64,000 nt of DNA from the NCBI RefSeq assembly GCF_009914755.1, contig NC_060925.1; one strand, 5' to 3'. Position 1 is the first letter of the stretch, and every line of letters starts with the position of its first letter. The notes below the pieces were generated by a model. The model saw only the letters and a list, made by a program, of their open reading frames with translations. It made no database searches and was not told the DNA's origin. Made by a program: the position numbers and the translations under genes. This DNA comes from the human T2T-CHM13v2.0 reference genome, Homo sapiens. Positions 61,325 to 64,000 of the stretch are shown one piece after another.

Positions 61325-61463
61325 GTGGCCTTAATCCCATCTGACTGGCATCCTTAGAAGAAAAGGAAATTTGAACACACAAAAGACAACAGAAAATAAA
61401 TTTCTGTTGTTCAAGCCACCCAGTCTATGGTATTTTGTTATGGCAGCCCAAGCTAACTAATAG
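61325..61463 (+). mobile_element. MLT1 LTR fragment with internal deletion
   Basis: ggccttaatcccatctgactggcatcctt...aataaatttctgttgttcaagccacccagtctatggtattttgttatggcagccc. Confidence 0.7.
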
Positions 61464-61464
61464 A

Positions 61465-62235
<771 letters not shown>

Positions 62236-62714
62236 AAATACTAATACTGTTATTATCTTATAGTGAATCCATGGCTAAATTAGTTTACTTTTATTCTATA
62301 TTTTCAGAATTTTGTGCTAAGAAAATGTATTACTTTTATAATAGAAAGATAAGTGTGATTTACAAATAACAAAGTTCTCTGATATATTGGTTTGACCACA
62401 ATCAATATGTTACTGGCATTTAACTGCATCCAAACACATGGTAATAATCAAAACTTTGGGGTAAGATTTCAAGGAATATCAGATCATACTTCACCTTGCT
62501 TTCTGGATATAAAGAGGACAAGAAGTTAATAAAACTTCATTTTTACACATTGAAGATTGAGGGGAAAACAGGCCTATACACTTGGATATACCCTTGGTGA
62601 ATACTTATTATTTCTTGTTCAACAATCAGATCTTTCAGAGAGAGTTTACATGGTTAGTGAAACATTCCATAACTGAACCCCTTTCTTAGTTGAATTTATT
62701 ATTTTCGGTTGTAG

Positions 62715-62831
62715 GCATCAACCTACCAACTGGTGAATGTTCCATCTTTGGATATTTTGTGGATATAGAGCAATGTGAATTCATACCTTGGTCAGATTTA
62801 GTTCCTAATGATCAGACACTAATTCAAAGAG
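62715..62831 (+). CDS. DNAH14: Dynein heavy chain exon G (117 nt, phase 1-1): (G)INLPTGECSIFGYFVDIEQCEFIPWSDLVPNDQTLIQR
   Basis: Acceptor ttttcggttgtag|GC, donor AGAG|gtaaga; LP..G.+F.Y.+D.....+..W...+P motif preceding dynein AAA3. Confidence 0.9.
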
Positions 62832-62879
62832 GTAAGAATAATTATAAGAATCATACTTGTAACGTTAGAATATTGGGTA

Positions 62880-62933
62880 TACTCTATTCATAAAAGTAAT
62901 TATATCTACTCTATTTATAAAAGTAATTATATC
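62880..62933. repeat. 27-bp tandem duplication (1 mismatch)
   Basis: tactctatt(c/t)ataaaagtaattatatc x2, ~50 nt downstream of the exon G donor. Confidence 0.88.
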
Positions 62934-64000
62934 TGCAACTTTGAGGACTAATATGTTTGTGTAGAGACCAGTTTAGATCTATGTTTACAAAACATATCTT
63001 TAAAAACATAACCTTTGAATATTACTTTCTGAGAAATTTAGAGTATATTTTATTGAATTAAATGCACATTGTAAAACTGTAGCACATTGAAAGTCTTCCT
63101 AAGAGCACTATTTATTTCAATTAGCTGTAATTATTGGGACAAGAAAATGGAAAGGACTACTTGTAAAATGTGAAAAACATATATGTAAAAACTTACACTT
63201 AATTATAAATGAAAATGCTAATTAGAAAAGAATAATCATAGTTTCACAAATATACATATATGCTAAATTGTTTTTATTCCCAATCTTCTGCATCTACATA
63301 TAGCAGAAAAAAGAAACTTGTTGCACTTTGAGAGCTTGGTAGAAATTTGAGGCAGAGGCAGGAATCTAATAATCAAGCTTCTTTAGAGTTCCTGCAAATA
63401 TTAGAAATTTAATAAATACAAATTGAATTGCTTTGAAGTCAGATTTCTCTCATAAAAGAATTTCAGAGTTGGTTGTAAGAGCTTTTGACAGCAAACAACC
63501 AGAGCTATCAGAATGCTAAAGCATCCAGAGAGTTTTAACTCTACATTTGTTTTCGTTGGAAATGCCAAGACTATTTTATTCAATATTTTGTTACAATAAA
63601 TATTAGCGGGCAATCATATTTGTTTACAAGCTCCGAACTGTATTTCATATGTTAGTGCTGATATTGACTGACAGCCTTAGCTTTTTACCACTATGTAGAA
63701 AAGTATAACTGAATATCATTTGCATGTGACTCCACATCTTAGTATACCACTCACACGGGAAACCAAAGCTGTTTTCTCCAAATCTAGAACATTACTTCCT
63801 CTGGCTGCCACTTCCTCTAATTGCAGGCAAAGAGCTTAGAAATAACTAAAACATTCCCTGACTTTCAAACCCAAACCTGTAACAAGAATTTAAATGTCAC
63901 CATGTAATTTTTTTCATGGTAAACCGCAATATGATAAATTGTTTGGACATCCTAGATGTGCTTCAAAAGTCTCCTTTTATGGTTGAGTAGGATTTTTTTT

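Overview
Primate (human-like) genomic DNA, not prokaryotic. The window lies inside a + strand axonemal dynein heavy chain gene, most likely DNAH14 (gene name from recall, not a search). Seven GT-AG exons (3110-3325, 14597-14687, 16385-16593, 17382-17634, 41487-41565, 51007-51236, 62715-62831; 1195 nt) join in one open frame with matching phases. They encode the AAA2 domain (H2 insert, Walker [10 protein letters not shown], pre-sensor-I insert, SPATVSRC) and the following lid, with two acidic inserts. Most of the intronic sequence is transposable elements. The most notable structure is a ~20 kb nest in the 23.9 kb intron: a near full-length sense L1PA7/8-like element holds (i) a full-length antisense L1PA4/5-like element and (ii) a sense HERV-K(HML-5)/LTR22 provirus with a tRNA-Met PBS and a 6-bp TSD. 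That provirus is itself interrupted by an LTR12-family solo LTR in gag and an LTR5 (HML-2) solo LTR in env. Also present: two further full-length antisense L1s, a twin-primed L1, two cis-templated insertions, a tail-less Alu, DNA-transposon fossils and an ERV-L relic. I see no evidence of a wholly new biological system. The best leads are the nested-ERV chronology, possible L1-ASP/ORF0 or HML-5 chimeric transcripts with the dynein exons, and the dynein AAA2 inserts. Repeat subfamily names come from recalled consensus features and need RepeatMasker/Dfam confirmation.
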